From the NCBI GenBank assembly GCA_965153455.1, contig OZ234494.1, positions 9,858,001-9,922,000 of the forward strand: a DNA stretch of 64,000 nt, read 5' to 3'. Below the pieces are notes generated by a model. That model made no database searches, had not been told where the DNA came from, and was given only the letters and a program-made list of their open reading frames with translations. This DNA is from Sphagnum compactum (lineage: Eukaryota). Positions 39,501-54,410 of this stretch are shown here, one piece after another. Position 1 is the first letter of the stretch, and each line of letters opens with the position of its first letter. Position numbers and translations under genes: made by a program.

Positions 39501-42500
39501 TGTGCACATGAATGATTTTACAAAGAGGATGTTAGTTGACATTTGCTACATTCATAGATCACATGAATTATCTCATTAAATGCATTTCAAACTCCAATTG
39601 GTCAATTGTACCTAGGTGAATAAATTTACATCTAAAGTCAAACAACATTGCCTAGCAACTTGTAGGACCATGTAATGAGTTCAAATGTTGACCCCTTTAC
39701 AAATAATTTAAAACTGAGGGTAAATTTTAAGAGGGAACATTAGCATTTGCAACTACCATAAAATTAAGTGATTTTTTTGTGGCCAACAATTTTTTTAATG
39801 TATATTATTATTTTTAAAGCTATAAATGAGTTGCAACTTGTAATTCATTTGCAACCTTTATCTAGAATCAAACAATGATAACCAAAAACTCATGGGAACA
39901 TCTTGACATGTTTAGATCTTGACTCATTTGCAACAAGATTATAACTAAAAGTAATTTTTCACATGGATTTAATTTGGAATGAAGTAATGTATGTCACATG
40001 CTAGTATCGGACATGGAGTTGCATGGTGGTGCAATCTTTGTAGACAACATTTTTCCTAGTGTTTTTCCATTTGCAAGTAATGATTTCAAATTGATCTTTT
40101 AAATCAACCACATCAAATTCAATTATGAACTCACATCATTTTTTGCTCAATTTAATGCAGTGACCTCTTGTCATTCCTAGTCTACTTGGCATAGTTTCTT
40201 TATGTTCATTTAACAATTTAACATCTCAATTAGGATCAATCGCATTTTTTCCTTTTAAAAACCTACCACTTTTACCTTTTATGCTCCTTGACATGTTCTT
40301 ATAGTTTGTGATCCATGGTCTTTCATTACAATTGCAATCTATGAAATTATACTTAATTCTCCACCTCCTCTGTAAAATGAATCTGATGTTAATAATAGAT
40401 TTTAACAATTAATTAATGATGTACTTTAAAGCTTATGCACATTCGTATTAAATTTCATTCTTTGCAATAGTGTCAAATTCGATAAGGTAGTTACCAAGAC
40501 TCGATGCCTTGCCAAACCATTTTGAGGACAAAATTGATACTATCACATTGAAGTTGTAGACATGTTCATTGTGTTGAAGTTAATGCACCACTATTGGTGT
40601 AATAATCTAGTTAGGACCAAATTTACCAATGATCTTTTAAATATATTATTGATTTACTTTTAAATTTGTAAGGTTAATGTAATAAATTACCTTTTTTTTT
40701 GCAATTAATGTAATAAATTACCTCTTCTTCGTTTTTGCACAAGTGTTCCCATCATTCTCAATGATTTCTTCACATAAATTCCAACTTGATCATTTCATAA
40801 TGTTACCAAAGTTCTTTAAAAGTACCAAATGTATTTTTACTATCATTCCCAAGTGTTCAAAAGGGTTCCAAGCAAGTCACCAAATAACTAAAAGTTTTTT
40901 TTTCCAATGGACCCTATGTAGTTTTCAAGTTGTTTGATTAGTTGATGTTCCTAGCTCAAGTATTGAATTATTATGCATGGTCATAATCAGCTTTTTTTTA
41001 TGGACAAACAGTCCACAAAGTTTTCAAAAATTCAATGATTCAAAGAAAGGGTTTTCAAAATAAGTATATTCCTTTTATGTGGTTAGTATGAACAAGGGTA
41101 CTTGCCTCATACTAACCAAAATTGTGTGTTGGACCCAACACTATGACCTTATTGGTATGAAAGTTTTAAAAATACATATATATTCAAATACTAGCGACAT
41201 AAAACATAAGAGCCAAATTGGTTAATTATGGTGCCCTAAACCAATGCATTTGTCTTAGGGTTGAAACCTACAACATACATATAACAAAATGTTCTAAAAT
41301 TATAGCAGACAAGCCCAAGGATTTGAGACTTGTAGAAGCTTAGGACCTCAAAACTTGAAAGTTTAGGACACGAGAATTTGAAAGTTTACTTATGATTCAA
41401 CTCTTGAAAAAGTCTAAGACTTCAAGATTCAAAGGATTAGGACATAAAAAATTAAAGGCCCAAAACATGAAGGTGGGCCTTTAAACCTATAAATGATGGT
41501 TTGAAAGCTTAAGATATGAAGGGTTAGGGACATTATGATTTTCAAAACATGTTCAAGGTTTTGTTTTTTGAAACCAAGTTGGTAGACCCTAGGCCACAAA
41601 ATTCTATTCCAAGACAAAACATTTATTTGGCTTTAGCACCTTCAGGCTTCATGTTGTTGTGGACTATTAGTGACATTGAAGTGATGAAAAAAAAAAAATT
41701 GATTTTCTGAAAATTAAATTCCATTTGAATGAAAATATTGAATGACATTGCATGCAACTTGAATTGAATTGAAATTAAATTAAATTAGATTAAATTCAAG
41801 TTCAATGCAATTCAAATACATTAAATTTAACCATTCAAAGTAAATTCCAAATTGAAATATATTTTGGTACGATGAAACCCAATGACCTTATAATTATTTC
41901 CCCTATATCAGCTTTGATGTTACCATCATCACTAGATTTTTGGTTTAAAGGTCAATTTTTTTGAATTGTGTCTTATTTAATTCCTTTTGCCCAAACATTT
42001 CATTTGTAGTACGAAATTTTGTTGAACTATGAAACTTTTGGTTTAAATACAGTTTCGTTTAGGGTTTCCAAAAAAATTCAAACTACCCAAGCTTATATTG
42101 ACCTCTCATAAAGTTGTAAACCTTAATGAATTAGAAAATCAGTAATAAGTTTTTTAAGTTAAAAGAATGGAAGAAAAAGGTATGTGAAAAAGGAACGAAA
42201 ATACATGATTGTTTCCATTTTGTAGTTTAGATAATTGTTTCATCATATTTTAAGTAATATGAATGTTTTGTTGTGAAACCATTAAAAAAATTAAAGGTGT
42301 AATATTAATTTAAAATAAAGAGCAAACACCTTAAGCCATTTCAAGCCATTGGTGACAAATTTTTACAAGCATCCTAGCCAAAGGTCTTTAAACCATTAAT
42401 GAAAGGTCTTGCAAAAACCTTAATCCAAATGTCTTGTAAATACATCAAGCCAAAAATTTTAGACAATAGGTCAAAAGTCCCATGAACATGGGAAAGCAAA

Positions 42501-43595
42501 TTATCCTCATGTCCATGTGAACTAACCTTAGCCTTTAGAAGGAAGAACATGAGTTGAAGATCATTGATGTGTTTTGGCCTAATGTTAGACATGAGATGTT
42601 AAATACATTAACAAGTTCTATTTGACACTCATTTCAAGGTTTTTTTCCACCTATTTTGTGACTTACATAACATTGCATGATTTTGCACATTTTAATTATG
42701 GAATTATGCATGTTCTGACAAGTAAAAAAAATTACATATGTTCTATGGGACCCGTATGTTCTATTATCCCATAATAGTTTCAAACCTTATATCTTTCAAT
42801 AAAAAGACAATATTCCTACTATTAGCCTACTTATGAGGATATAAAAAGAACCCCTTTTTTTTTTCTTATTTTGTAGCCTACAACAATCGAATCTTGTGGC
42901 ATAAGTAGGCAACTTCACATAGGTTGTTGCATTCAATGTCAAACAAAGCTCATGAAGGGGTTTTTAGCATTTTCTATGTTAGATATTAAGCCAAGGACTA
43001 GTACCCTAAGTGCAACATATAGGATGGATGGCGTGTGGATAGGAAACATTTCTTCATTGTACTTTTATCCCATAGTTAACCATAATTAGTTATATACTAA
43101 CCATCCACATGCATCTATTTACTTGATAGCCACCATGTGCCTTGACTACATAAAACACTTCCATTGGTGCTAAATATGTGACCTTACAAATTTGTTTATC
43201 ACATCCAAGTATAGTTATTTACTTTTCCCCAACCTCACCCATAACACTAAAATTGGGATTGCAACTAGGTGGGAACCTACTATTAGCAAACCACCTAGAT
43301 TAATCATTGTAGTTGGCCAATCAGAAACATGGACCTGGTTTATTACATTCTTCACAACATACACATCATAGATATTAGGCTTTGATGTGCCTTTTACTAG
43401 CCTCAACAAAATTTATTTTTTCATGTGAAAATTTGTCAAAAGGTAACACCATTTTTGAAAACTAAAATATTTTATCATATATATTTTAAATTCACTTGAA
43501 AACAACAATGTTTTTAAGAAGGTGTCACCACATTTATATCTATTGGTTAAAATTTTAAAAGTTCTTTGAAATAATGCTATTAGTTAAGTCTAAAA

Positions 43596-45952
43596 TGTTA
43601 GGTTATTCTCATTGGGACCTCCAATTCTCAAACTAGTCTCAAATTGGTTTTCACAACGAGAATCAATTGGTATCACATTTGGTGATAACCATATTGAGAA
43701 CCAAGTTATTGAAAATTGGCTCCTTTTAATTTATTTTTTAAAAAAACTATTCAATTCTATGAAAGAACTAAAACCCAATTTTCAAGTTAGTAATTAATTA
43801 AGTTAGTTGTTAGGTCAAAAACCTAGGTGGTGACCAAGGTTATAAAGAACCTTTTGGGGTTGATTGTTCTTAATCACAATTAGGATTTTTTTTCTTGCAT
43901 TAATATTTTGTGTTGTTCTTTTGCATTGCTCCTTTGCGTTGCTCCTTCAGGTTGTTCCTTTGCATTGTTGCTTTGTGTTTATTCAGTCACGTTGTTAATA
44001 TCGCTACAAATTCATTACATTGTTGGTGCTATTACTAGTGTGTCATGTTGTTGGTGTTGCTATTGGTTTGTCAAATTACTAATGTTGCTATTGGTTCGTC
44101 AAGTTATTAGTGTTGTTGTTGGTTTGTCACATTGCTAGTGCATATGTTGGTCCATCAGATTGCTAGTGTGTTGTGTTGCCAATTCATGATCGCGTTGTTA
44201 ATGTTGCTTGGTTTGTTGTGTTGTTGGTACTATTCGTGGTTCATTTCGTTACTACTACTACTAGTCCATCACATTGTTGTTGCGTTTGTTGGTCCATTGT
44301 GTTGCCGGTGAGTCTATTGGTTCGTTGCATTGTTGGTGTTATTATTGGTGTTGTGATTGTTGCATTGTGTTGCTGGAGTTATTGCCAGTTTGTCACATTG
44401 TTGGTGCTAGTGTTAGTGTTGGTCCGTCATGTTGCTGATGTTATTCATGGTCTATCACTTTGTTGGTGTTGTTCATGGTTCGTTGCATTGTTGGTGTTAC
44501 TCCTAGTTTGTCATATTGTTGTTGTTATTATTCATTAGTTGCATTGTTGGTGTTATTGTAGGTTCATTGTGTTGTTAATGGTGGAGCTAGTTTGTCATGT
44601 TGTTGGTGTTGTCATTAGTTTGTTGTGTTGTTAGTGTTGTTTATCATTCTCCAAGGTATTCACATAAACCATTCCCCCTTGTGTTGTTTTTCCTTCACAT
44701 TGTTCTTTTACATTATTGGTTTTTACTCCTATTGCATGTGTTTTGGTGAGGTACTACCCCCATCACCATCACCTTGTGAGTGGCATGTTGGTGGTTCATT
44801 GTGTGGATGTACTCTTCCTGCCACCACATATTCACCATTACCATTTCCCCCTTTTATTGTTGGTGTTGCTATTGGTTTGTTGTTTACTTGTGCCATGGTG
44901 AGGTACTACCATGCCCATTGCCTTTGTGCAAATGTTGAAACTTTTGTACGATTAAAAAGAAAAGGAAAAAAAATTGGCAAGTTTTTCCATTTTCTTTTTT
45001 TTAATAAAATAAATCATTTTTTTCATTTTTTAAATATTTGGGGGGAATTTTTTTAAATTTTCTTTTTTCAAAAGGATTTATTTTTTGGTTTTTTAATACC
45101 AACTTTGTTGTTTTTTTTCATAATCATCTTTTATTTGCATATGCTTGCAAAGAAAAATTGAATAATTTGTAAATATTTTTGTAAAAGCTTGCATTTTAGG
45201 TTGTAAAACAAGTTTTGGTGTTTTGATATAGCATACATTTGTTTGATTTTTTTTCCCATCTCAAAGTTGCATTTTCTTGCGAAAAGTGAAAATATGATAA
45301 GTGAAAATGTCATAAACACTTCAAGGATGATGTAATAGAGGAAACATGTTTGCAAGAATGGAAAATAAACCCTAATTTTCAAACAAAAAACAATCAAAAC
45401 CCAAAAAGTGAAATTTTTTTTGAAAGAAAACATAAGAAGATTGCTTGCCCAAAGAATAATTTGAAAGTCATAAGATAAAACTTATTTATGTTGGACTTTT
45501 TTTGTGTAAATAGTTTTTTAGTTCAGTGTTGCGAATTGAAGGTGATGCAAAGTTAGAGGAGGAGTCAAATTTTTTTGAAAAAGATTTTTAAAATATGAGA
45601 TTTTGAAAATATAGTTTATTATAGAAAAATTATGTAACATTTTCATCATTCTTTACACAAGTTTGTTTTTATTTTTTCAAATTTTTTAACTGAGATTTTT
45701 TTTTAATGAATATAAATTTGAGGTTTGAATTGTAAAAGCCAAATATGAAAATTGATAGTTATCACATTTGCGAGAACTACTTTGTCTGAGAACTGACTTG
45801 ATTAAAAAATCTAAAATACGATACCTGATCAATTCTCAAAAATTAATTTAAAAAAAAGAAACCAGGTCGATTCTGTCAGGTGTTGGGAAGAACCGGAACC
45901 GGTGGTTCTCGAAAAAGGAGGAGCGGGGGGGGGAGAGAACCGCCCAACACTG
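43596..45952. mobile_element. Non-autonomous hAT-type element of about 2.36 kb with an internal minisatellite
   Basis: Right TIR gagaaccgcccaacactg and degenerate left TIR tgttaggttattctc. Flanks gtctaaaa and gtccaaaa match at 7/8. gagaacc/ggttctc subterminal motifs occur at both ends. Confidence 0.55.
44015..44640. repeat. Degenerate GT-rich minisatellite with a unit of about 28 bp (roughly 20 copies)
   Basis: Units such as catgttgttggtgttgctattggtttgt and caagttattagtgttgttgttggtttgt. These explain the V/L/C-rich spurious ORFs here. Confidence 0.8.
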
Positions 45953-46053
45953 GTCCAAAACCATTTCACTTAGCTAAAATGGCATGATGAGATTTTTTTC
46001 ATGGATTTTTATTTTGCTGGGTCACATAGTGAGCACTGCTGCAACTGCTCTTA

Positions 46054-46401
46054 GAGCATCTCCAATGGTGCTCAGTATGTAACTCCAGACAGTAAAATTT
46101 ATTGCAAAAAAGTCAAAATGTGCCGGTTTAGCTCAGGAAAATTGGTTTTTTCTGCACCAAATTTGTGCAGCTTGCCATGGCTCGTAAAAAGGAGTGTAAT
46201 AAATTGGATCTAACTGCAGGTCAGTATTTCTGATTGGTCGATCATAATGATTGGTCCAGGTGGTTTGCTATTAGTAGTCTCCACAAATATGCAGTTCCAG
46301 TTACAGTTTTATTGGTGGGGTTGCCAAAAAAAAAAGCAGCTAAACTTAGACATTTAATTTTACTATCCAGAGTGCCATACTGAGTACCGGTGGAGATGCT
46401 C
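46054..46401. mobile_element. PIF/Harbinger (Tourist-like) MITE
   Basis: TIR of about 46 bp beginning gagcatctcca and ending tggagatgctc. Perfect TTA TSD at 46051-46053 and 46402-46404. Confidence 0.88.
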
Positions 46402-47876
46402 TTACATAGTCAACAATTACAGTTCCTACCTACTGAACTATGAGCTTACTCCTACCTACCTACCTAACTCTTTGACATGTCACATTAATATCTAAGAAAC
46501 TTTTTCCAGGGCTATTGGAGGCTATTGGGCCACCCTTTGTTTTCAACAAGGAAGTTGGGGGCCCAATTGTGTCCCTTGCCAATGAGCATCCTAGAATTGG
46601 AAGCAACTAGAGCATCAAAGGAAATGACCTGACCTCCCACCCAATTACTTTCAAGTCTTTAAGGGCGGTGGTGATGCCTGGATTTTGTTTCAAGAATGGC
46701 CACAGGTTTGTAGCTCATTTTGGTCATTGCATCCAAAAAAGCTGGGAGCTTAATATGGCTTTCAGCCTCTTGGATTATTGTAGAAAGGTGGAATTAGCCC
46801 TTGTATTTTGGGATTCTCCTCCTTTGTTGGCTAACTTTCATAAATTACTTACTAGGCCCTCATGGATACCACCTACCTATATGTGACCGAGCACCCACCA
46901 GTGCACTACCCATTGGAAACTCTTTATGACCCAATTGTCCATGAACTAAACTGAGTTACCAAAGTGGAACCTTAGTAATCAACTCTCTTGTAAACCCTCC
47001 TACTTTCCACCTTCAACACTACCTCTATAAGTGAGTAAATATGGTAGGTAAGTAAGGAGGTATGTCCAATTCTAGATTATGTGAAGAACCTTTGATTTTC
47101 GCAAATCTTTTAATGATGGTAGGTATGTCTTAAGCTTGTTAATTCAAGCTTCACTAAAGTAATACATAACACTTTTTTTTAGTGTAATTGGAGGGCAACT
47201 TACCTAGTGTAAATTTTCCTCCATTGTTTGGGGGAGGGGGGGGGGGGGGGGTTTGAAACATGGGGCATTCCATTTTTGAAATAACACACTTCTTTTTCTT
47301 ATTTTTCACATGATACACAAAGAAAAAACAGAATTGTTTTGGCAAAAACCTTGTAGTTTAAGTTGTAATTCAAATCAGGTCTCATTGCACTTAATTACAC
47401 TAAATAGTACACACACCCTAAGAATAGAATACAATTTTTATGAGTGTTATTAATGTTGTACAACTAATTTAAAATGGTGACATGACTTTTAAGAAATTGT
47501 CATTGCAACTTTTTCTCACAAAGTTTTAGCTACCTACAAACAAAGAAGACCATCATGGTTTGTGCGCAAGCAATCGGTCTCTTTTTGTTGCGTCTTTTTA
47601 GTCCCGAAGCAGCTTCAATTATACCCTACATTTGGGCCTTCAACATTATTGGTTATCAGAACCAAAAATGGTTGGCTTATTGTTTCACATGCCTCAACAA
47701 TTAATATGAAAACTGGGAGTGTAAAAGGTGCGAGACCACTAATAGCAACCCACTTGGACCAAACATTCTGTGGACAAATAAATGCCAGCCCAAAGCCCCG
47801 ATTTGTCACCCCCAAACGGTACAACATGCTACGCATTGTGCCAATGGAAATGGTCTTATTAAGGCACTATGGACAC

Positions 47877-48175
47877 CAGGGCTTCTTTTAAGGATTTTAT
47901 GAATGTTGCCAAAGTTATGATCATTCACAAAAAATAATTTCGCCAAATTTGACTTACATATTATATATGAAAGTAGGACAAAACAAAATCTTTCTATATT
48001 CTTGGCTACCTGCTGGAACTTATCATAAAAAGTCTGAAGATTTGAAACAATAAAATTTCAAAATCTGGCGAATCTGGGTCATTTTTTTCCCCCCCAAAAA
48101 AATCCTTTGTGTAGGTTGAAATCATATATTTCAGGTCAAAATTTGGCAAAAATTTGCCAGTAAAAAGAAACACTA
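47877..48175. mobile_element. Non-autonomous hAT-type MITE
   Basis: Termini cagggcttctt and aagaaacacta. Flanks atggacac and atgggcac match at 7/8. Homologous to 35818-36114. Confidence 0.8.
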
Positions 48176-49587
48176 ATGGGCACGCATGCCTTCTTGAGTC
48201 TTATGACCTAACGACCATTGTTCAAAATCCACATGCCCGTTGTGCAAAACTGACATGCCCATTCTGTAAATCCACGCGCCCATTCTACAAAGCCGCATGA
48301 CTATTGTGCAAATCATAGAAACGATTACGATATGGAATGTGCCAGGTACAAGTGCCCATTTGGCTGCCTGTTTAGAAAATTTTTTGCTCACCATATTGGA
48401 CTCACCGTAAGAAAGGGCAACCATTTTTTCATTCTTGTTTACACTTTGGCAATACCTATGCATGACCTATGCATGATTGAATAATGTCTTTCCATAAGAA
48501 CAATCAAACAATAGAAAATTACTACCTTGTTTGGAAGGTAGGCATATTAGGTCGTCAACTTGGTGATCCAACAATTCTTAAGGAATTATGTGGTGGTGGA
48601 CCAACAAGATTGGATGGACCAATCAATCTAGTGTACTCAAGTTTGATCACATCTTATTGTTTATTTTAGAATAGTCTTTTAATGCTCAACAAATCAAGTA
48701 CCCAAACCACCGAGGTGGTTTTTCTTCCAATAGGTCTAGCGCTCACAAATATGCAGCTAAGAATCTTTTTCCTTTTAATTATTTTTGAAGAGTGAGACCA
48801 CTAATGCAATGGTTCCCTTTTATAAATCAAGGCGACATAGGCCATGGCCCATGGGCAGTGGGCACACAAAAGCAATTCAAAAAAATATTATTCAAATTGA
48901 TTGTGTGACTCTTATCAATTAGTTGTGGGGCACCCTCAAAGTCCAATTATTTTTTTCCTTTTGTGATGGGCATCATTGATTGGCTAATCAACCCCAAAAA
49001 TTAAATCAAGCTTTGGACAGTCCTAAAAAACAGACATATTGTAGTCTGCTCCTTCTTGGGCTTTTATATAGGTTACAAGAGTAGAACTTAGGGCAAAAGT
49101 GGGAGTAAACCACTTATATATATATGTTACAAGAGTAAAACTGAGGGCAATTGAGGTGCAATTGGGAACATGTCAGGGATCAGATTTGGGAACTTGGGGA
49201 ACAGTTTTGGGAACTCAATGCGCACATAAAAAATAGTGTTAATTCCAATCTTTTCGGTGCATACAATGATTGACTTTCACGATCTCACACAAGTTCCAAG
49301 GATGGAAGGTGCAAATAACATTTCATAATAAGGAATTCCATGATAGAAAAAACATACCCACGATTCATTCATTCATTCATTCACCCATCCATTGGGTTGA
49401 TCAGTGTGTGTGTGTGTGTGTGTGTGTTACAACAGAAAAAGTAACAATAATTTGAATCATCCTTTGCAAGGTCCCAAGCCCCACCAACACTCACATGTCT
49501 CATAAACAAGCCAGTCGAAGCAACCCACATCTCAGTGTCTCCTTTGTCTCACTTGTGAGATACCTATTTCCTTCAGTTACAAATTAG

Positions 49588-49797
49588 TTAGTACCTTGGT
49601 CATTTCAACACATGTTCGTCGAACGAATAATTAATTTTATTTTTGAAACATTTTCATTTCAAACAAATGGAATATTCTTAAATATTCACTGTTTTCCTTC
49701 ACAATATTTTTTGATTTGGAAGAAATCATTTTTGAAAATTATTATTTCAACATTGCTGAAAATAATATGATTAGTGTCGAACTGGCCAAGGTACTAA
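49588..49797. mobile_element. MITE with TIRs of about 24 bp
   Basis: ttagtaccttggtcatttcaacac pairs with gtgtcgaactggccaaggtactaa around an AT-rich interior. Superfamily uncertain. Confidence 0.7.
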
Positions 49798-50556
49798 GGT
49801 ATTCTTGAGGGTCATCCCTAAGTTGATTACTTTGTGTAGAGAGTGAGGGGAAGTGAAACTGGTGGCTTTGGCCTTTTTAGGGCCCATTTCTTGGTCCCAT
49901 GATTTTGTCCAAAGCACCCTTTGTTTTGATGAACTTTACTTTTGTGGCATGCTTTACAGCCTATTTCATTATGGACCTTTTTCAGCTTTCGGTGGATGGC
50001 TATTTGAACAGAAAAGTGGGTGTATTTTTTTGGCAAACTTGATTTATTTTTTTCCTTGCGTACGTACATAAATGGCTAAAGTAATGAACTATTTGGATTG
50101 TTCTGGCTATTGTGATTTGATCATTTCTCATGTGCATGCGGCATGCAAAATAGCAAACGATTGCTAAAAGAAAGACAAATGAAATGTAAATAAGGTGAAA
50201 GTCCAAGCAAGTTTTGTTGCAGAATTTATTTTCACAAGTTTCAAGACCAAAAACAAGTCCAAACTAAAAAGCAAAAGTAACCCACACATCCCAACTCTCT
50301 TTCAACTTGGAGCACTTTTTTTCTATTTTTAAAATTGCATGAAATGTAGTTGAATCCCAGCAATATTTTCCTTTTTTCCCATATTTTTTCTTTATTACTT
50401 TTCATTTTTTCCATAGCATTTTGACTATTTTTCAGCCACCAAAAAAAAACACCAACGCTTTAAGAACTCGTTCCATATTTTCTGGACATGTATAGAGCTT
50501 GGGGATGAAATGGAACCACTCTTGAACTACTTTTGAAGAGTACGTCTCAGTCTATA

Positions 50557-50764
50557 AGTACATTCACACTTGGTGTTACGGACTCTAGTGTTGAGTCCCC
50601 TTACATTGTGCTAGTTATTTAAGACTTAATCCTACTTACCATTTTATGTTAAGCCAACATTCTATTCACATTAAGCTATCACCTATTTAACATTGTGTGC
50701 CACATAGGATGATGCCACCTAGATTTTCTTCGAACACTGACTTAACATCAAGTGTGAATGCACC
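50557..50764. mobile_element. MITE with TIRs of about 20 bp
   Basis: agtacattcacacttggtgtta pairs with taacatcaagtgtgaatgcacc. The TSD is not clean. Confidence 0.65.
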
Positions 50765-53586
50765 AATACATGAGTGAGAGATTGAGGGCAGAGGGGAGGG
50801 AGGTTTGTCTAGAGCCAAGTATGTGTATTAGAATTTCAGCCTTTGGGTGTGTTAGTACATGATGTATCAAAAGTTAACATTTCACACATAAGTCACACAT
50901 AAAACCCTAAAACCATCAAAAGTTTCCTCTTCTCTGTTAATGCATTTTTGGGGGTAGTGAGAGTCAACACTACTTCAGTGTGGATATTCAAATGGTGGGA
51001 ACCCAGGGACTTTTTAAGTCTTATGGAATGGGTCTGGTAAGGCGCCTTCCACCTACAAATACATGAAGGCCCACTATGGTGAGATTTGATTTGCTTCATG
51101 AAGTGGAGTTTGCCGAAAACCAAAGTGGAACCAGCAGATGACCGACCACCTATCCCACCTTGGAAAAGCCTAAAGAAGACCAAAACCAATTAAGTTCCTC
51201 CTCAGAAAGAGTCTTTCACAGGTGGTACCCATTCAATTGTTCTTCAGAAAGTAGTGCTTTGCACAATTTACATTCCTCAGCCTTGCATGAAGGCTTGCTG
51301 GGAATGAGATGTGAAAAGCTTGCACAAAAGTGCCAGACAATTGGTTCCAAGGGGGGTAGCAAGCAGTTCATGAATCCTATACTCAGCACTTGTCATTTTA
51401 CAAATTTTTGGAGCACCATGGCAAGCACTAAATATAATAGCAATGAACACAATGCAACTCAGTCTTCAACAGAAAAGTAGAAATGCCCAATACAAAATCA
51501 TTTTCTCAATATTTTTTGTTCATTGTACCCAAGTTATAACAACCAGGTACAACTTGTACACCTCTCTGTTTTTAACTAAAAAATGGTTTGAGACTTGTCT
51601 CTGCAAGTGCCAAGTGGAACACCTTGAGTTCAACTCTTTTTAATGCCATCTTCTTCTAGGATGAAGATGGGAAACTTGGGTCAACTTTCTTGGGTTGAGA
51701 AATGGTTGGGGAGCACTAGTTGTGTTGTTTTCAATGTGGTAGTTGTGTTGCTTGGGGAAGGTAATGTTGCTTAGGGAAGGGGAATGTATTGTTGCAAGAG
51801 AAAAGTGAAACACACCCGTGGTTCTTGGGTCAAGTCACATGTTTGTTCATTGTTGCATTTGTTTTGGTTGAGGCTAAGGTTTAATTTTCTCCTTGTGAAA
51901 GTTAAAATTTTCATAACTATGGTTTAGAATTTTTGCAAAGTTGCACAATGATTGAAAAGTAGGGGAACTTGATTTGAAAGATTGTATAGTGAATGAAAAA
52001 TTGGAGACAAAAGTTACACAACGGATGAAAGATCAAGTTACAAAATGGATGAATCTTTTGTGAAAAAAAATTGTATAATGAATCAAAAATTTACAAAATG
52101 GTTGAAAGGGTGAAATTTTTAAGTTATTCAATAGATGAAAAGTTAGGATGAGATGGAACATCTGTCCATTGGGCAACCTTCTAAAAAGTGTTGCAACTTT
52201 CCTAAATGTCATCTTGGTGAAGCATAGCCAAGCTATCATGGAAAGGATGATCCCCCTTCCCTTTCTCCTTGGAGAACTCAGCTCAAGGGCAACTTGTCCG
52301 GGGAAGTGAGGCCTGGTTGCATTGAAAAACATCCCAACAATCATCTTCCTCTTTTGGATATTTCATCCATAAAACTCATCCAAGGAAAAAGATGGCTACT
52401 GAGAAAAAGATTTAAACTCAAAATCTAGGATTCAAATATTTGAATTTCAACCATTACGGCACTTTTTAAATTTAAAAATGTAGATATCAATAATATTAAA
52501 ATACTTATCATAACTCTTAACTCTTGCACCATAGATCTAAACATGATAAAATTGTATAAGTGCAACGCTTGTCATCACGAGCTTTCCAACAATACAAAGA
52601 GTATGGAAGTATGTGAAGGGGAATGTAGTTTGTGAGATCTCAATTTGACAAACCAACCAAACCAACAACCTTTCCTAATAGGTAGATGGATATGAATTTG
52701 GTACCCACTAAGCCAATATTGAAACAATGTTAATATTGCTTCTCAACATACCATCATGGTAAGGTCTTTAGATACTAGTGCATAATCTACAATAATGATT
52801 ATTTTGTGGTAAAAATTCATCAAAAGTTTGAAGGTGTTTTTAAAAGAATGTCACCATTTTTTTGTCTATTCGTTCTAATTTTACTAGTTTTTTAGAATTA
52901 TATAGCCAATTAGTGAGAAATCTATTTTGAGATGCCTAACACTTTGGCTGCAATAGAAAATTGAAAAAATGAAGAAGATTGGTTCAAACTATTATTGGCC
53001 AATTAATATTTTTCTTTCATAACCAACTAAGTGGGTTTTTTTGTTTTAATGTTTTTGGATCACACAAGGTATCAATATCAAAATTCTTCGAAAAAATTCA
53101 TGCTATTAATTTCATTGTCAAAATAATACCTTTAATTATCAATTTACTAGGTTTTTTTCAGTAATAATTGTTTGTTATGCATAAAAGTTGGTTATCAAAT
53201 ACCTACTTTCATAATCAACTATTATATTGCCCAAGTAAGGTAGGTTTTTATTTTTAATATGGTGTAAAAAAAAAAAAAACCTTATTCAAGAATATAAAGG
53301 TGATTAATAATAGGCAATTTTGTTTCAAATAAGTTTTTATAGTTATGAATGTGTTCAAAGAGGGTGCAAAAAGACTAAAAATAATTCGCAAACAAATATT
53401 AACATCACGTATTCTAAAGCAACATAGCTTGGTTTCATAGAAGTCTTGATGCCATTTTTTCTCCTTGGGTTTTTGATTTTTAAAAAACTTCAAAATGAGG
53501 AGTAAAACTCATCAAATGTTTGATGTAGCTTAGGTGGAATGTTTAACAAATGATTTCATGTGTCATGACGTAGGCTACATCTACCC

Positions 53587-54410
53587 CAACGTTGGGTGGG
53601 TATCATATTTTTTGATACCCGCCATATCCAAATTTTCACAAAATAGATTACAAAAGGTTTTGATTCTCATTTTTAGTTTTTAAAAAAATATATATACATT
53701 GGGTCAGGGTAATAATATTTTTATTTTAAAAATTTAACCAGTTCTCATGATGCCGGCTTTCATAAATTTGAGAACAACATGTTATCATTTGGCGATTTTC
53801 ACCAACTAGTTATTATTATTTTTAAATAAAAAATCAAACCAAATTTACAAAAAAAATTGATTTTATTCTTTTTCTTAAAAATAAAAAAGTTATAGTTATA
53901 TGTAAAATAAGGAATACATAGCATTCGAACCTTGAGTTTGGTCATACATGGGGGTGAGATTTTTAAAAAACTTGCAAAAAAAATACTTTAACATTAAAGG
54001 GGGGGCTTGAAATTCACAAAACCATATATTTTTGTGGTAAACTAAGTTTCACCCTATCTTTCCCTTTTTTGAAGCGCCTCCATTGGTGCTACATATGTTT
54101 CACTACTCCCTCCTAGCACTACAACTAATTAATTCAAACCTTGTGCATTAAATGCATAACCTTGTTTAATAGTTGTGCATTAAACTTTGTACATTGTACC
54201 CTAAGAACCTAATTCAGGTAAAGGGTTTTACCTCACTCGGGTTTTAGTGTTTAATTTTTAAAAACTCCGACCAGTTCTCATACAAATGAGAGCCGATGAT
54301 AAGGTTTTAATCCGGGTATCATTAAAAGTGATACTTTGAGGGTTTCAAATAAGGATAACATGTGATAACCGGGTTATACCAAGGGCATTTTTGATACCTG
54401 CCCAACACTG
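53587..54410. mobile_element. Non-autonomous hAT element (824 bp)
   Basis: TIRs caacgttgggtgggtatca and tgatacctgcccaacactg. Flanks atctaccc and atctacac match at 7/8. Confidence 0.82.

Noticed and set aside
36900..41100. AT-rich stretch with hints of transposase-like peptides
   Set aside because: Motifs are too eroded to assign a superfamily.
43908..45056. Hydrophobic V/L/C-rich ORFs resembling membrane proteins
   Set aside because: They are translations of the GT-rich minisatellite and its flanks.
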